Shown here one piece after another: positions 62,379-64,000 of a DNA stretch of 64,000 bases. The translations under genes and the position numbers were made by a program. This DNA is from Abditibacteriaceae bacterium (GTDB taxonomy: Bacteria; Armatimonadota; Abditibacteriia; Abditibacteriales; Abditibacteriaceae): NCBI GenBank assembly GCA_965277285.1, contig OZ255721.1, forward strand, positions 3,764,132 to 3,828,131, in the 5' to 3' direction. The notes under the pieces are model-generated. The model was not told the origin of the DNA. It searched no databases and was given only the letters and a program-made list of their open reading frames with translations. Position 1 is the first letter of the stretch, and every line of letters starts with the position of its first letter.

Positions 62379-63548
62379 GTGTTCCTGTATTCCTCTCAAA
62401 CCTGTTTGGGCGGACATTACGCGAAGACACTTCTTGATTTCCAATTTTCCAGTGCGGAAAACAACACGCCGCAGAGCAGTCCAGGCACCGCCCTCAGCCC
62501 CTCTTTAGAACTTCTGTCGAGTACTCGGCTGTCAAGCACTCGGCCCTTCGGCGCCCAGGCGTCTTTGCGCGTTTCGGTTCCTGTTGAACTGATCGAGCGC
62601 TACGTTGAAGACTGGATCAGCGAAGCCGAATACCTGCAGCGCTCGCCCGCGACCGTAACGGGCAAGAAAGACGCGCTGGCGAAGTTCTTGTGGTGGCTGC
62701 ATCGACAGCATTGCGACGAGTGCAGCACGCGCGAACTGCGCCACTTCCTCGCTTACGTCGGCAACGGCCATTTGCAGCCCGGCGGACGCTGGGGCAATCC
62801 TCAACTGACTAAAGCGGCCAGCCCGCGCACAGTTCAGTACTATTTCAACTATCTGCGCGGCTTTTTCCGCTGGATGCTGTCCGAGAACTTGATCGAGGAC
62901 GATCCCTGTCGCGGCCTCGCCATTCCTAAGTACGAGCGGAACCTGATCCAGCCGTTCACGCAAGAGCAAGTTGGCGCCCTGTTGGACGCCACGAAGCGCC
63001 TGACCAACCCGACGCGCGATTTGTCGATCCTCACGTTCATGCTCGATACGGGCTTGCGAGCGAGCGAGTTTTGCAATTTGAAGATGAGCGACCTGGAACT
63101 GCACACGTCTTACGGACACGCGACGGTCATCGGCAAAGGACGCAAAAAGCGGACGGTTCCGTTCTCCCAGCGCGCGGCGCGCGATTTGTGGCATTACCTG
63201 CGCAAAACACCGGGGCGCAGCGAACACTGTCCGGTCTTTTGCGCGGATCGTGGCAACGGGGCCGGGCTGCCGCTCACGCGCTCCGGCTTGCAGCAACTTT
63301 ACGAGCGACTGGGCGTGGCAAGCGGCATTCGCGGGGCGCGCTGTTCGCCCCATACGATGAGGCACACTTTCGCGGTTTCGTTCTTACGCGACGGCGGCAA
63401 CGTTTTTACTCTCCAGATGATTTTAGGTCACAGCGATTTGAAGATGACGCAACGATACGTCGCTCTTTCCAGAGCGGATATATCCGATCAGCACCGCCGC
63501 TTTTCGCCCGCAGATCGCATCGGCAAAACCTCTGTGCATCTGCCATAA
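62379..63548 (+). CDS. Tyrosine recombinase/integrase next to tRNA
   Basis: TGLRASE, GKGRKKR, HTMRH, LGH, QRY catalytic residues; start uncertain. Confidence 0.92.
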   Translation: MFLYSSQTCLGGHYAKTLLDFQFSSAENNTPQSSPGTALSPSLELLSSTRLSSTRPFGAQASLRVSVPVELIERYVEDWISEAEYLQRSPATVTGKKDALAKFLWWLHRQHCDECSTRELRHFLAYVGNGHLQPGGRWGNPQLTKAASPRTVQYYFNYLRGFFRWMLSENLIEDDPCRGLAIPKYERNLIQPFTQEQVGALLDATKRLTNPTRDLSILTFMLDTGLRASEFCNLKMSDLELHTSYGHATVIGKGRKKRTVPFSQRAARDLWHYLRKTPGRSEHCPVFCADRGNGAGLPLTRSGLQQLYERLGVASGIRGARCSPHTMRHTFAVSFLRDGGNVFTLQMILGHSDLKMTQRYVALSRADISDQHRRFSPADRIGKTSVHLP

Positions 63549-63838
63549 TTACAATCAGTCACGAAGGGATCCCGCGCGGGCGCCAACCCGCCGGGATCGT
63601 GGTCTAAGCCTTATGCGAGGTTCAGACGATGGAGTGTTCACTGAAAGTTTCTGATTCGGGAGCTTACTCGGCGCGCCAACAACGCAAGCGCCCGCCGCCC
63701 AATCGTCGGGCCAGGTCTGGGTGAACACCAAAACGGGCGTTTATTATATGCCCGGGACGCGGTGGTACGGCAGTAGGTACCAACGGCGGCGTGTGAGAGT
63801 TATTGGTATTACTACGCTGAACTTTGAAGAAGGTCATT

Positions 63839-64000
63839 ATGTTAACCAGGCTTAAAGTTTCTGGGTTCAAAAATTTAGTGGATGTGGACGTGAGATTTGG
63901 CCCCTTTACATGTATAGCCGGGGCTAATGGTATCGGAAAGTCCAATTTGTTTGACGCTATACAATTTCTAAGCTCCCTGTCGCATCGCTCACTGGTTGAA
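63839..64000 (+). CDS. AAA/ABC-type ATPase, N-terminus (runs off window)
   Basis: Manual translation MLTRLKVSGFKNLVDVDVRFGPFTCIAGANGIGKSNLFDAIQFL; Walker A GANGIGKS. Confidence 0.85.
   Translation, partial: MLTRLKVSGFKNLVDVDVRFGPFTCIAGANGIGKSNLFDAIQFLSSLSHRSLVE

Overview
Bacterial chromosomal window of moderately high GC. It resembles Abditibacteriota/Armatimonadota, but that is only a guess. It is mostly housekeeping genes: dxs-ispA-xseB-xseA, fusA, rdgB-hisS, a complete ctaA-ctaB-actABCDEFG-sco-coxBACD respiratory operon, ileS-lspA-lgt-aat, rluD, tgt, ftsZ, dcd, ahcY, gltX and a phosphomannomutase. It ends at tRNA-Ala(GGC) followed by a tyrosine integrase and the start of an AAA ATPase, probably an island edge. 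The dominant unexplained signal is a highly iterated palindrome, consensus W-TCGAGTACTCGA-W. By hand I counted about 42 perfect 12-mers and about 30 one- or two-mismatch variants, roughly one per kb. They sit inside genes in all three reading frames (peptides SSTR, RVLE/D, EYS), right at gene starts and stops, and inside terminator hairpins. This resembles cyanobacterial HIP1 or a genome-wide protein-binding/methylation motif, but matches no motif I recognise. The window also has a REP-associated tyrosine transposase with its REPs, several other palindromic/MITE families and two apparent frameshifts. Counts are manual and may be slightly off.
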